A program made the translations under genes and the position numbers. Below are positions 21,901 through 30,013 of a DNA stretch of 64,000 bases, in pieces. Source of the stretch: Candidatus Woesearchaeota archaeon (GTDB lineage: Archaea; Nanobdellota; Nanobdellia; UBA10117); the NCBI GenBank assembly GCA_964354105.1, contig CAYGXM010000002.1, forward strand, positions 14,398 through 78,397, given 5' to 3'. The notes under the pieces were generated by a model that worked only from the letters and a program-made list of their open reading frames with translations, was not told where the DNA came from and did no database searches. Each line of letters begins with the position of its first letter. The first letter of the stretch is position 1.

Positions 21901-23393
21901 GCCTGCAAAAATACCCAATCGATGCAAAATTGATAAGTTTCATTTGTTTCGTCGTCATAAACATCAGAACACGTTCCAAGACATTCCTGCGTTGCAAAGT
22001 CCCAATTAGCGCATTTATACAAGACTGTACCTTTTGCTTCTACTGTTACAGTTGCTTCGGTAAATTCAAAGCCAGTAGGGTCAATTGCATAAACTTCAGC
22101 ATAGCCTTCATAATCTCCTGTTTCTGGAACATCATCCAGCTTTATGAATTCTGTAACATTTTCATCTATGACTAAATCATCAAATATTATTTCTTTTACG
22201 GGGTGATTTTGCGGCTTTACCTTGATGTCATACTTGCCTTTAGGGATATCCAAGCCCGCTTCTCCTGTTTCTTCTTCAACAACTGCTGCCCCCTGGAATA
22301 ATGGAATCTCTTCAATGGATTTTTCTTTTTCTTCGCTTTTGCCTATGGCTTCAAGCTCGTCAGTTTCCGCATCAACAAATTCAATCGTAGCTGCAATTGT
22401 GTTATTACTTGAATCTTCGATGCCTGTTGCAAAGAAAACCGTTTCATTTGTTATATTTTCAACCTGAGAAATTAGCAACTCATAATAAATAGAATCCAAT
22501 TTCAAAACTGCTTCGGATTCTATTTCAATCTGCAAGATATAGCTGCTTTTATTCAGCATTTCAGAAATATAACAAGTTTCTTCACAAACAGTTTCAAATA
22601 GGATTTCTTCGGCTAATGGAATTTCTATTGTTTGGTTTTCAGTTACATTTTCAAGTGTTGTAACATTTTCTTCAGGAATTGTGATGTTTTCTGTTGGAAT
22701 TTCTGTTGGTTGAGTTTCATTTGCTGGTTCTTCAGCTGGAGGCTGCTCAACTGGAGGGATTTCCTCTGCTGGAGGTTCTTCAGTTGGCGGAATTTCTGCG
22801 CCAGAGCCACTGGTGGTGTCAGCCTCATTTGGCTGGCTTTCGTCCGGAGAAGATAATTCTCCGGAGGATGGTGGCTCTGGCTGTGCAGTTCCAAGCGGAT
22901 TTGCTAATCCGCTGGATCCCGCTGAACTTTGTTCAGCTTGGTCCTGCGAATTCGTACTCTCATCGGAGGATGAGCTTGATTCGGTATCTGCTGCGGCAAA
23001 AGCAGTAATAGGAGAGGGTCCTGTTTTGAGGTTTGAAGAATCGAAAATTAATAATCGGCTGGAATCTGTGACAAGATAAACCTTGGCATTTCCGGTAATT
23101 GCACCTGAGAGTTTTACAGAAGTCAGCTGGAACTCCCCTGCAGGAACGTTCTGTAAAGTCCAGTTATATTCATAAGTTTCTGCAAATTTCTCATTAATAA
23201 CATCAGAATATGCTTTCTGCTCTCCTGCTGCAAAGAAACCAATAATTCTAGGTCCTGCAACAAAAATAAATGCAACAAGCGCAATCAGCACAACTATAAA
23301 CCCAATTATCAATAGTTCTTTTGCTATTGGCTTGTGGGCATATTCTTTTATCTCCCTTTTCACTTTTTTCAATTTTGATTCTTCTGATTTCAT
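12927..23393 (-). CDS. giant cell-surface glycoprotein/adhesin (FN3/Ig-like repeats, DNRLRE-like domain)
   Basis: 3488 aa; TM near both termini; DTTPP..VTNL..WIYW.WTNP repeats; DSYIR..NYG..RGIIKFNLSSIP..PRLIVNW; very many N-x-S/T sequons. Confidence 0.88.
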   Translation of the reverse strand: MKSEESKLKKVKREIKEYAHKPIAKELLIIGFIVVLIALVAFIFVAGPRIIGFFAAGEQKAYSDVINEKFAETYEYNWTLQNVPAGEFQLTSVKLSGAITGNAKVYLVTDSSRLLIFDSSNLKTGPSPITAFAAADTESSSSSDESTNSQDQAEQSSAGSSGLANPLGTAQPEPPSSGELSSPDESQPNEADTTSGSGAEIPPTEEPPAEEIPPVEQPPAEEPANETQPTEIPTENITIPEENVTTLENVTENQTIEIPLAEEILFETVCEETCYISEMLNKSSYILQIEIESEAVLKLDSIYYELLISQVENITNETVFFATGIEDSSNNTIAATIEFVDAETDELEAIGKSEEKEKSIEEIPLFQGAAVVEEETGEAGLDIPKGKYDIKVKPQNHPVKEIIFDDLVIDENVTEFIKLDDVPETGDYEGYAEVYAIDPTGFEFTEATVTVEAKGTVLYKCANWDFATQECLGTCSDVYDDETNETYQFCIDWVFLQAITPGETYSFTLTPDDPGFAEGSPSSGTPDAGYVTDNEGDDEEGGTYTATQADDTTYFYAGETSTDTLNSVIVLEYNISSLGITGADITNMTFSATYCHDGSGSAPAACDGDAAEGSWTGTQDVWIYNWTSSTWVDIGDLRTNDGGNTVVDSYTVTSGLLHYVNSSGWVRTRYEAIGSVGDSQDSWLVMDYVPLTINYIDNDPPTTPTSITCDGSSCNSIFYEDVNISCSGSTDADNDTITYVIDAYYNHSTSSETATQVPSSCSDSTYASGSYEFYSQWTIPGSGTATLTKLWFWQADTSLSASETLEMALYSSGGNQISEEVTLTGTGASGWISGTLATPITITLGQTYYVGVAPISATYNLGRDDSANCANYPPTGTGSYYESSTNNDLDSTVPTGSQSGNKYIIPGITYTIGGYNYSWTAIGNHTNESTYLWNLSGIAEQSNVDLRCRAIDLAGSNTYSDYSAMNYNLTIASTPPPDTTPPAAVTNLNETSTGTTWIYWAWTNPGDSDFSEAIIYVDGSNILNTSNAYYNATGFSCNTTHNITINTKDTTGNVNTTNVMDSAVTLACSDTTPPAAVTNLAVSSRGATWIYWTWTNPADSDFNHTEIWIDGSYTANVSTPSSSYNATGFSAATSHTIGTRTADNSGNVNATFVNNTAQTYAVSADQNNSVTNAAGAPVNVALTIINSTGQTVYSQTNTVHNFDLFGGNYTIIIQPASSASVSAITYYNYTVDGSFALPGLDEPTPAAGSLAEFAVNPLGQFQTATLTVNPAGDVLTRCDNYTYTLQSCDEDYWATEAYGLTPGTLYNITFVPGDQTGFAAFNFTTSGGFEVQGVNTYSGTAVTNDSYIRAGSTGSNYGSASSIRVGRSGGAGVHRGIIKFNLSSIPSGVRIDNANLSLYMFNNVDGAGARTHGAHKVQQSPARNWVELQVTWNVYSTGNSWTTTGGDFAANELANTSVNAVGFYYWNVTADVQNFTDNQAQNFGWIIKDETESGTNRKYYVSSNDATNTSRQPRLIVNWTDIQPPRWSSQSQNASVINNTGSIKLSAYWTDNVNLSYAMLSTNESGGVWANKTGVYGSPLQIGPSTGNWSNFTWSNSSASGIIGWRIWANDTQGNWNSTNIMTFNVTVPDITPPTVTQNSPANNAVDGDGSVLFNCSATDNIALANISLYINSVLNQTNIVTGTSNSTTFSKTMTNGNYNWYCRASDAAGNANNSATYALAVNTAAVPISTNYTGNTTNWATLPDLTNVCNGQAVLEIPSYGQIQWQGCVNAASQNFDTYVNISDNFISVDFGLNPTFNSSAQLKLRGLNWSDTEDFNVLINGEICSNTTCQNVTYENTTGTVTFDVAHFTNFSTNGTSRLLIWDQNDTGMPGNNRPACVGSSIDFYAYYYRVLGGNNFTNTGATCIINFTDSTGNSMTYNATSNYYQYARTFSSTGLKAYNVSCIKTTFPTRPRITVSDSINITDCAPPTTALVNPPNGSANGKDLNFTCNATDNYQLANMTLYWNYTGIFSADSTNIITGTSNETTFQKTNLNNGIILWNCLACDTSNNCAFAPANWTVTVDATPPVVNLMSPGNNTTSTTQTQNFIFNATDNQYTTINCTLYINDAPSGTNASVANNTATTITNTTVLEGYNQWYVNCTDGASNTGQSETRLLTVDATPPVIVHIRPVQNDILGFTTTLEVNVTDNLVGVNSVWYEITNTSGIVKSGTMSGTEPIYNDTWDTTTVSEGNYTFTAYANDTLGNQQNSSVNFTIDNTPPLIQIFTPLNNSQWGSNFNLNVFIQNNMLTASSYNITNSTGAIVQSNSNNSINQPIFNWTDLVNVGALPSGTYNLTVYARNNVGYPSFESVLFVIDKTPPQYFNLSESPASPTTYSPTQTYEFNATWTDNYAVGTVIFEFNGTNYTNAVQSGDVYSKTFVGLNAGSYNYKWYANDTAGNSNSTGTFTYIINKMPTTTSLYLNGAQANATITYGAQSNATAITSAGSVALYRNGTNVTNPEIATLGAGTYNYTAINSGDSNYLPSSETWFLTVNKATPTVNLLLDGVAADKSVTYPTQTNATAFESNTNDSDVTYTMYRNSTTIGSGSVVSDVATLGVNTYVYTYNTTGGENYTSNTINRTLTVGIQPTAVDLYLNGAQNNLTVTYGTSTNVTAIGYNGTVALYRNGTNVGTSEITTLAVGYYNYTAVIPTDANKTGSSKTFFLTVNIAQTYVNLSLNGAESDLNITYPQTVTAVFSTNLLSATMYRNGTNINAENNTAVTLAAGYYNYTVVNPGDFNHTASSKTFFVTVNKAAANITLLLNGTNSDFNVNRSQTVNITGIRNAGEGNMQLYDNGALINNGAPIITNLTSYVALGPRNITLILPETQNYTAATSTHFLNVFGILYAYVTAPTGTPKYYEGQNITFKGYVYDELANPITGANAKFEPINGSFVYACYDVEEGSGFYNCTLDTTGMASPKIYDARINATKTYYHAGVYTNNSVFLLESGQKANLLLHKIPSVQAINSSHITYNISLYLANGRGTSENTILTDPDASQNWSIGSIYGAQEVIESYLLTYARGSVDNTITLQKANATGYDPFYNTSLFVESNQPIIVIPQNITAAQLILIKNVAFVNQTTTNITYLITDQIVNAGGEDLTGISVVDSDIGLTTFVNLTRGASVSFNGTKLIAKSSQSYTYNFTQATASANAVFYYSNQPSVQIPGYGGPYDVIIDSLPASVTAGSTITGVVKAINMNSEISEDRTLTTWIEDSFGNITALDVRTIFIGRNQSATAAITLTAPSTPGAYLFVSKLTWPTADANASKAFDVTSAVIPPVVPPAPAPAVGVPVNITAPVLPPGVPQDIINSLIELRNMYNELKTKTTDLDNILKAAEDAAARGNYDLARNLIKSAYGMVQEIQLEICGKALPAAGFVLPTLPSINIAQFFGGRWLWWILAATVTVIFIIALIVKRREEMALEVELLAEERKHLERLYDKVSNYLNRKITRGDKDNGI

Positions 23394-26300
23394 TAGAGCT
23401 TGATTTTCTTGCCACCGTGCCTTACATGATGGAATAATACTGCAAGAATGGTTACAGCTAGCCCTGCCAGAAAAACAGCTATGCCCAAAACGAGCTTGTC
23501 AGCGGGGATTGTGGTCTGCAGTGCTGTAACTGCAACAGTGGCGCCTGTAAGAGGTGTTTTAACAAAAGTGAATATCAGCAGGATGATAATCGTAATTATC
23601 AAAGCGATGTGCAATGCAGTCAGGGCATTTTTCAGCCGCGGCGGCAGATTTTCTTTCCTCATGGCAGCTATAGCAAATACAAGAATCAACAGTAAAAGTG
23701 TTGGAACAGCATACAATGGATTAGGAGCCTTGTATGGGCTGACTTGTACGGCTGCACCTGATAGAGGTTCTGGTGGTGAAGAGGGGATTTCCAGTCCTGC
23801 AGGCGTTGTCTCTGTGGGCGGGGTTGTTGAAACTGGAACAGTTTCCACTAGAATTATAATCCTTAATTTTGCTGAAGTATTTGTTTTTGCAATTAATGTG
23901 ATTTCGATATCGCTCTCACCATTATAATTAGCGTCTACATCTTTTGTTTCGTTTAATTCAAGATTAACTTTAACAGGCGCTGAAGTTATAGTTAGCTCTA
24001 CATAATCAGGGAACATTCCAGATAGCCTAATTGTATGAACTGTATTTGGTGAATAGCTTGCCGCATATGAAAACGTGCCGCCAAATGCCAAGTCTAAGTC
24101 TTTTGGCTGGCCAGGTGACAGGACAGCTTCTGCAGTTGCATTGCCAATCACGCCTGTACCACCGCCTCCACCACCATTATTGCCATTATTTCCGCCGGCT
24201 GCAGACGCCACGCTAAATGAATGCATTGTGCTAACATTGTTTACATTTCCAGAGGTATCGTTGCATTTGTAATACAAAGTATATGTCTGGCCGTTGCTCA
24301 AACCTGCATATGTAAAGTTGTGGTTTGTCGAGTCTGTATTTGTAAAGTTAGTTCCATCTGCGTAGGCAAAAGTTGAATTTGTTGTATTATATCTGCAAAT
24401 TGCATCCTCATTTGTTGTTATTTCGATTGTAGTTGAAGTTGTGCCTGCGCTTAACTGAGAGCCATTTGTCGGGCTCGATATCGTTATAACTGGCGCTGTT
24501 GTATCAGGCAATGCAGATATTGTAACATTATCCTGTCCTATTGCGCCATTTCCAGTGCCATCATTAGGTGTTACAACACATTTCCAAACATCTCCAATAG
24601 TTGTTAAAAGATTTGATAATGTATTAGCTGTCTGGCCTACCTGCAAGACATCATTCTTGTACCATTGATATGCATAATTAATTGAATCATTGTCCAAATC
24701 TGTTGATGCGCTTGTGATTGTCGCAACTAAATCTTCAGTATCTGCAGGCACATTTGGAATAACATCTACAACAGGAGCTGACGGCAAGGAGTTTGTTATA
24801 GTCCTTGCGACAGATTTTGCAGTTCCATAATCATTTCCATCATATGGAATAACTGAGCAATTCCACGTTTCTGTTTTTGTTGTATTGCCCGCTGCTAATA
24901 TTACAGAATTCTCAGTTCCGTTTGTTACACTTAATATTGCTGATAGAATTGCTGTTGAACCATTATACCAAGTGTAATTAGCAGTTAGTGTGTCTACAGC
25001 ATCAGCATCTGTTATTGTAAATGTGCAATTCAAGTCATCATTTGTATAAGCTATTGCAGGCGTTATTGCTGGTGTTGTGGAAACTGGGATATTATTGTAT
25101 GACAAAGTTCTAGCAGTTGAATTTACATCAGTATTATTGATGTTTCCATTTGTATCTTTAGTATGCACAGTTAGTGTATAATCCGTAAAGTTTTGCAGGC
25201 TTGTTGCATTATAATAATTATTTGACGTATTCGCAACATTGCTTCCATTTAGATAGATAATGGCCTGGCTGAAATCAGCATCAGCAGGATTAGTCCAGTT
25301 CCAATATATCCAAGTCTGGCTTCTGCTTTGATTTGCCAGGCTGGTTACTGAAGCAGGAGGTGTTGAATCTGCATGCAAAGTAACGGTTCTTGTTTCTGTA
25401 TTAGCTTTGTTTCCAGCAGTATCAACAGCATAGCCTTTGAAAGTGTAATTTCCATAAGATAGGCCTGTGAAATTATTGTAGTACTGGTTTGCTGTTGCGT
25501 TGTATAATGCAAGAACTTCAGAGCTGGACAAAGCTCTCCTGAACATCATGACATCATCAATTGAGCCATTAAGATAGCTTGCCTGATATCTGCCAATCAG
25601 TATGTTAAACGACTGATCCTGGACATCTCCTGTTTGAGCCTGCGTCCTCACTAGAGTACCATTGATATAAAGATTAATGGAACTTCCATTGTACACACCA
25701 ACTGCATGATACCATGTGTTTGTTGAAATAGGATATGTGGAAGTTGCCTTGTGTGTTGTTGCATTGGCGACATCAAAAATCAGATTAGTAGTTGAGATAT
25801 ACAAATTATAAGAGCTTGACGAAGCTGCCCTGTTGCTTACCAAGCCTGCTGATTGCGAATTTCTATACTTAAACCATAAGGAAATAGTCATCGCGGTAGT
25901 AAAATTAAAATCCTCATTATATGTCACTTGAATATATTGAGATGACGCTGAGTCAAAGTCATAACTTCCATTAAACACGCCGCTAGAATTATATGTTGGG
26001 CAAACTGAACATGAGCCAGTGTTTCCACTGCCAGAATCATCTGTAAATGATGTTCCACTAGTCTCTTCTAATCTCCACCAGCCGACTAATGCACTATCCC
26101 AATCCAGCATAGCATAGTGCTGGCTGCTTTCATCGGTGCTGCTTGCATTCACATAAACATAATTATTAGTTGTTGTATTTCCATCGCTTGGCGTTGGACT
26201 TACAAAGGAAATTGTTGGCGCTGCTCCTGTTTCACCATATGCAGGGTCGCTTGCTGTTAATGTTACCTCATATGGCTGGCCTGGTGTTATTTCCTGAACA

Positions 26301-27622
26301 AAAGTCCAGTTGCCATCTGTGCAAGTCTGATTTTCAAAGTCCCAACTCGCACATTTGTATAATGCGCTTCCTGTTGCAGTCACTGTAACAGTAGCTTCTG
26401 TAAAGTTAAGTTCTGTTGGATCAATAGCATAAACTTCAACATAACCTGTATTTGCTTCTGGAACATCATCAATGCCAATTACAGCATTTACATCGGATGT
26501 TGCATCAATGTCTTTGAATTCTATGCTCTGGATTGGAACACTTGTGTTCTGAACATCCACAACAAGATTATTTTCATCACTCGGAGCTGTTTCAAAGCTC
26601 TCCATATTGCCTTCGGCAGATATCTCATTGGCAGGAGGTGCAAAGATTTCGTTAGCTATAGTTTGCTGTCCTGTTGTTTCTTCAGCAACAACAGATTTTC
26701 CAGAATCGTCAACTAAAGCTATGTCTGCTGCAACTGGCTGGCCGTTGCTGTCTACAATTTCTATAGTTATGTTAACGGGAATATCTGTAAGATTCTGCAA
26801 TGAATAGCTTATTTCAGAAATGGAGAGCTCTCCATTTTCCACTTGGATTTCAAGAGTGTAAGTATTATCAGCCAAACCATCTGGAAGCAAGCAAGATTGC
26901 TCGCATGAATCCGTAAATGTTACAGGTGTTATCTCTATTGGCAGTGTTTTATTCACGATTTCTTCTGCAGTTACGTTTTCTGTTGTTGAGACATTCCCCT
27001 CAGCAGGTGGAATTTCTGTTGGTTGAGTTTCATTTGCTGGCTGTTCTTGAGCTGGCGCAGGTAATTCTGCGCCAGCTTCGCCTTGATCTGTGGTGTCAGG
27101 TACAGATTCCTCTTGAGCATTAGTTTGCTCAGAGGATGGTGGCGAAGCTGGTTCTGCAGACTCCTGCGAATCGGAGGATTCGCCGGAGCTACCCACATCT
27201 GAACTGGTGGTGTCAGATGAGCTTGAACTTGGATTGCTGATAACTTCAGTAAGAGCGCCTGTAACGGCATCCGCGAGAGATTCACTTTTCACTAGATTGC
27301 TAGAATCAAAAACGAGATAAGTTTCATTTCCAGTTTTTAGAAAGACTTTAGCAGAGCCTTCTCCGCTAAAAGAACCTGAAATCTTTAGGGCTTTCAAATT
27401 GTAAGGCTGTTCTTGGGGAATTTCAAATGTATAATCGCTGTTTGATGTGAATTTTTCATTAATGGAAGCTGAAAAATCTTCAGCAGGCGCAAAATATCTG
27501 CCTGTGATTTTAGGATTATGAAATAAGACTACGAGAGCTACGACTATGATAGCTGTTATGAGGAAAATGTATGTTGTTGCACTAGCTATAGGTTTAGTTA
27601 GTTTGCGGTCTGACACCACCAA
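23393..27622 (-). CDS. large cell-surface protein with LamG-like domain and Ig/FN3-like repeats
   Basis: 1409 aa; LVGWWRLEE, TISLWFK, WYHAVGVYNG, LNGSIDDVMMFRRALS; three C-terminal TM; start codon uncertain. Confidence 0.88.
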   Translation of the reverse strand: MVVSDRKLTKPIASATTYIFLITAIIVVALVVLFHNPKITGRYFAPAEDFSASINEKFTSNSDYTFEIPQEQPYNLKALKISGSFSGEGSAKVFLKTGNETYLVFDSSNLVKSESLADAVTGALTEVISNPSSSSSDTTSSDVGSSGESSDSQESAEPASPPSSEQTNAQEESVPDTTDQGEAGAELPAPAQEQPANETQPTEIPPAEGNVSTTENVTAEEIVNKTLPIEITPVTFTDSCEQSCLLPDGLADNTYTLEIQVENGELSISEISYSLQNLTDIPVNITIEIVDSNGQPVAADIALVDDSGKSVVAEETTGQQTIANEIFAPPANEISAEGNMESFETAPSDENNLVVDVQNTSVPIQSIEFKDIDATSDVNAVIGIDDVPEANTGYVEVYAIDPTELNFTEATVTVTATGSALYKCASWDFENQTCTDGNWTFVQEITPGQPYEVTLTASDPAYGETGAAPTISFVSPTPSDGNTTTNNYVYVNASSTDESSQHYAMLDWDSALVGWWRLEETSGTSFTDDSGSGNTGSCSVCPTYNSSGVFNGSYDFDSASSQYIQVTYNEDFNFTTAMTISLWFKYRNSQSAGLVSNRAASSSSYNLYISTTNLIFDVANATTHKATSTYPISTNTWYHAVGVYNGSSINLYINGTLVRTQAQTGDVQDQSFNILIGRYQASYLNGSIDDVMMFRRALSSSEVLALYNATANQYYNNFTGLSYGNYTFKGYAVDTAGNKANTETRTVTLHADSTPPASVTSLANQSRSQTWIYWNWTNPADADFSQAIIYLNGSNVANTSNNYYNATSLQNFTDYTLTVHTKDTNGNINNTDVNSTARTLSYNNIPVSTTPAITPAIAYTNDDLNCTFTITDADAVDTLTANYTWYNGSTAILSAILSVTNGTENSVILAAGNTTKTETWNCSVIPYDGNDYGTAKSVARTITNSLPSAPVVDVIPNVPADTEDLVATITSASTDLDNDSINYAYQWYKNDVLQVGQTANTLSNLLTTIGDVWKCVVTPNDGTGNGAIGQDNVTISALPDTTAPVITISSPTNGSQLSAGTTSTTIEITTNEDAICRYNTTNSTFAYADGTNFTNTDSTNHNFTYAGLSNGQTYTLYYKCNDTSGNVNNVSTMHSFSVASAAGGNNGNNGGGGGGTGVIGNATAEAVLSPGQPKDLDLAFGGTFSYAASYSPNTVHTIRLSGMFPDYVELTITSAPVKVNLELNETKDVDANYNGESDIEITLIAKTNTSAKLRIIILVETVPVSTTPPTETTPAGLEIPSSPPEPLSGAAVQVSPYKAPNPLYAVPTLLLLILVFAIAAMRKENLPPRLKNALTALHIALIITIIILLIFTFVKTPLTGATVAVTALQTTIPADKLVLGIAVFLAGLAVTILAVLFHHVRHGGKKIKL

Positions 27623-27673
27623 ATGTGACCATCCTCCGATTACTAATTTTATAGTATGGGTATATTATAAATG

Positions 27674-28351
27674 TTACTGTATGTTTGCAGTAAGCTCTTT
27701 TCCAGCTACTTTTACATTATCTGCAGTGCCTCTAATTTGGAGCGTTCCCTGCGAAACTGTGAAGTTACCTGCGAAATTCTGCAATTCGAGCTCTTCATCA
27801 GTTAATTGCACGACAATCTTGCCTGAATTAACGTCAACTTTTCCTGAAGATGTGTATGAAAACTTGTCTAGCTGGAGATTTAAGGTTATTGAATTATAAT
27901 TCATATCAAGATCCATATCAAGGCTCTTCTCATTTGGCAAAATCCTCACTTTATTTACAGAAAGCTCCGAGGTTTTTCCTGTTAAGGCTGCTGAATTGCT
28001 GATTTTTATGCTTCCATCAAAATTCTTCAGTTCTAAACTGCCTTGCTCTATCTGGGACAAGTCTAATTTCTCAGAATTGACAGAAATTTGGCTTGTTGGT
28101 TTGGTAAATTCTAAATTTATGCTACTGGCCTTGCTCAGCTCCAAAGGTTTCAAGTCCAAATCAGCAGAAATATCAAATTTAGTTTTATTCAATTGATTTT
28201 CGCCTGTAAGCAGGCCCGTAACACTGTCTTTTGTTTTGTCTAAAGCATCTGAAAATGCGCCAGGAGCAAATTTACTTACTGCAACCCCTGCTGCAGCTAT
28301 CAAAAGCAATAATACAACCATAAATAACACTGATTTGCGTTTCAAGGTCAT
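27674..28351 (-). CDS. membrane-anchored beta-rich hypothetical protein
   Basis: N-terminal TM followed by a beta-strand-like pattern. Confidence 0.75.
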   Translation of the reverse strand: MTLKRKSVLFMVVLLLLIAAAGVAVSKFAPGAFSDALDKTKDSVTGLLTGENQLNKTKFDISADLDLKPLELSKASSINLEFTKPTSQISVNSEKLDLSQIEQGSLELKNFDGSIKISNSAALTGKTSELSVNKVRILPNEKSLDMDLDMNYNSITLNLQLDKFSYTSSGKVDVNSGKIVVQLTDEELELQNFAGNFTVSQGTLQIRGTADNVKVAGKELTANIQ

Positions 28352-28415
28352 GGCTCTGCCAGAATAAAGTGCACGCTATAATTTAAATACTTCTACTTCT
28401 TCACAAAAAGCAAGG

Positions 28416-29195
28416 ATGGTACTGGACTGGCTTGTTGATTTGCACAAGGCTGAAGATAAGCCTTGGAAGATGATAATTTTAGGTTTTGTCTACAGCACAA
28501 TAGCTGCAGGCCTTGCTTATTTGATATTCCCAAGAGAAGCTGGCGCAGTCATGTTAGTATTGACTATTGCAGCTTTCATGCCTTTGATGCTCAACTTAAT
28601 GAAAATAGAAGAACTGAAAGAAGAAACGAGCAGATTTTTGATAAAAGAACACTGGCCTGCCCTGCGCTTATTTGTGTTTTTGTTCTTTGGCATGGTTTTA
28701 GCATATGTAACTTTGTTTATGGCGCTTCCGTCAACCATAACAAATTCTTTATTCGGCATGCAAATAGATACTATCACAAGCAGAGGTGTAGAAATGGGTG
28801 CAGTTCTTAGCTTAGATAGCTTAGGTGGAATTCTGCTGAATAATTTCAAAGTCTTGCTTGTTGGCCTGGTATTAGCATTAGTTTTTGGTGCAGGCGCAAT
28901 TTTCATATTGGACTGGAACGCAACAATCCTTGGTGTTTTAATAGGTGGAACTTTAAAACATAGTTTTGGAGTAGGTTTTGCACAATATCTCGTACATGGT
29001 GTTCCAGAAATACTTGCTTACTTTGTTGCAGGCCTTGCCGGCGGAATAATCTCTGCAGCAATTGCAAGGCATAAGATAGGAACAAAGCAGTTCAATAATG
29101 TACTGAGAGATTCCCTGGGATTAATCGTTTTGTCAGTTGCAATTCTGCTCATCGCAGGTCTGCTGGAAGTTTTTGTATCGCCTTTGATCAGTTGA
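28416..29195 (+). CDS. SpoIIM/DUF95-family membrane protein
   Basis: ILLNNFKV, WNA..LG, HGVPEILAY, AGLLEVFVSP. Confidence 0.85.
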   Translation: MVLDWLVDLHKAEDKPWKMIILGFVYSTIAAGLAYLIFPREAGAVMLVLTIAAFMPLMLNLMKIEELKEETSRFLIKEHWPALRLFVFLFFGMVLAYVTLFMALPSTITNSLFGMQIDTITSRGVEMGAVLSLDSLGGILLNNFKVLLVGLVLALVFGAGAIFILDWNATILGVLIGGTLKHSFGVGFAQYLVHGVPEILAYFVAGLAGGIISAAIARHKIGTKQFNNVLRDSLGLIVLSVAILLIAGLLEVFVSPLIS

Positions 29196-29286
29196 CGACT
29201 TATGTTAGCTCTTAGCATTAATTGGCACTAACTTGCAAGCTAATGAAAGATTTCAGACTTTAATGGCTAACACTTAGTGCTAATAA

Positions 29287-29928
29287 CTATCTCTGAACTA
29301 TGCCTGTGTGTTTGAAAATATGCTTTGCTTTTCTGTGATGTATTATAGTATCTATTACTAACAAAGCTACTAAAATGAGAAGAGCATAATAAACTGCCGG
29401 CGTTTCTGTTATCTGCATGCGCACCATCTCTTCAAATGGTATTTCTAAAGTCACATCTACTTTGCCGTCCTTTATGCTATTGAGTGTTATCTTAACGTCT
29501 GAATAGCCGTTTAGGTCAGAATCGATCTGCACAGTTTCGCCCACAAATATCTTAAGATGCAGCGAACCTGAGCGTATAAGGAACTCTGCATAATTCTCTC
29601 CTATGTAAACCGGCTCTATGGTATGATTAACGCCCTTAAAGGTATAGATCCATACCTCTTCAGGTGCCATTGTCACATTTGAATAAATTCTTCTTACTGC
29701 AAAATCTCCTATGTAATGAATCTTCTCTGCAGGGACTGAAGGCGGCAATATTTCTTCAGGCACTCCTGGCGCTGCAGGAGCAGGAGCTGGTCCTGGTGTT
29801 GGCGGAGTGGGCGCAGGCATTATTGTAACATAACTTTGTGTTGTAGCTGCGCCTGTAAAAAAGTTAATCTGCAGGATTATAACTGCAATTACCAAAATTA
29901 TCAAAATAGCTCGCAGTGGCCTTTTCAT
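29287..29928 (-). CDS. surface protein with N- and C-terminal TM and a Pro-rich linker
   Basis: Domain HTI..GET..ID...NGYSDVKITL resembles the C-terminal domain of the 1409-aa protein. Confidence 0.75.
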   Translation of the reverse strand: MKRPLRAILIILVIAVIILQINFFTGAATTQSYVTIMPAPTPPTPGPAPAPAAPGVPEEILPPSVPAEKIHYIGDFAVRRIYSNVTMAPEEVWIYTFKGVNHTIEPVYIGENYAEFLIRSGSLHLKIFVGETVQIDSDLNGYSDVKITLNSIKDGKVDVTLEIPFEEMVRMQITETPAVYYALLILVALLVIDTIIHHRKAKHIFKHTGIVQR

Positions 29929-29958
29929 ATTATAAAAAATAAAAGAAAAGAAGTATTT

Positions 29959-30011
29959 ATAGCTAACGGATGACGTTAGCTATTCCTCTAACTTGTCTAT
30001 AAGCAAGTTAG
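29959..30011. other. tandem hairpins (possible terminator or RNA stability element)
   Basis: ATAGCTAACG/CGTTAGCTAT (29959-29983) and CTAACTTG/CAAGTTAG (29988-30011); a U-rich tract follows on the minus strand. Confidence 0.5.
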
Positions 30012-30013
30012 GG

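Noticed and set aside
12927..27622. Diversity-generating retroelement target in the giant genes
   Set aside because: No reverse transcriptase and no ~100-bp template/variable repeat pair differing at adenines was seen
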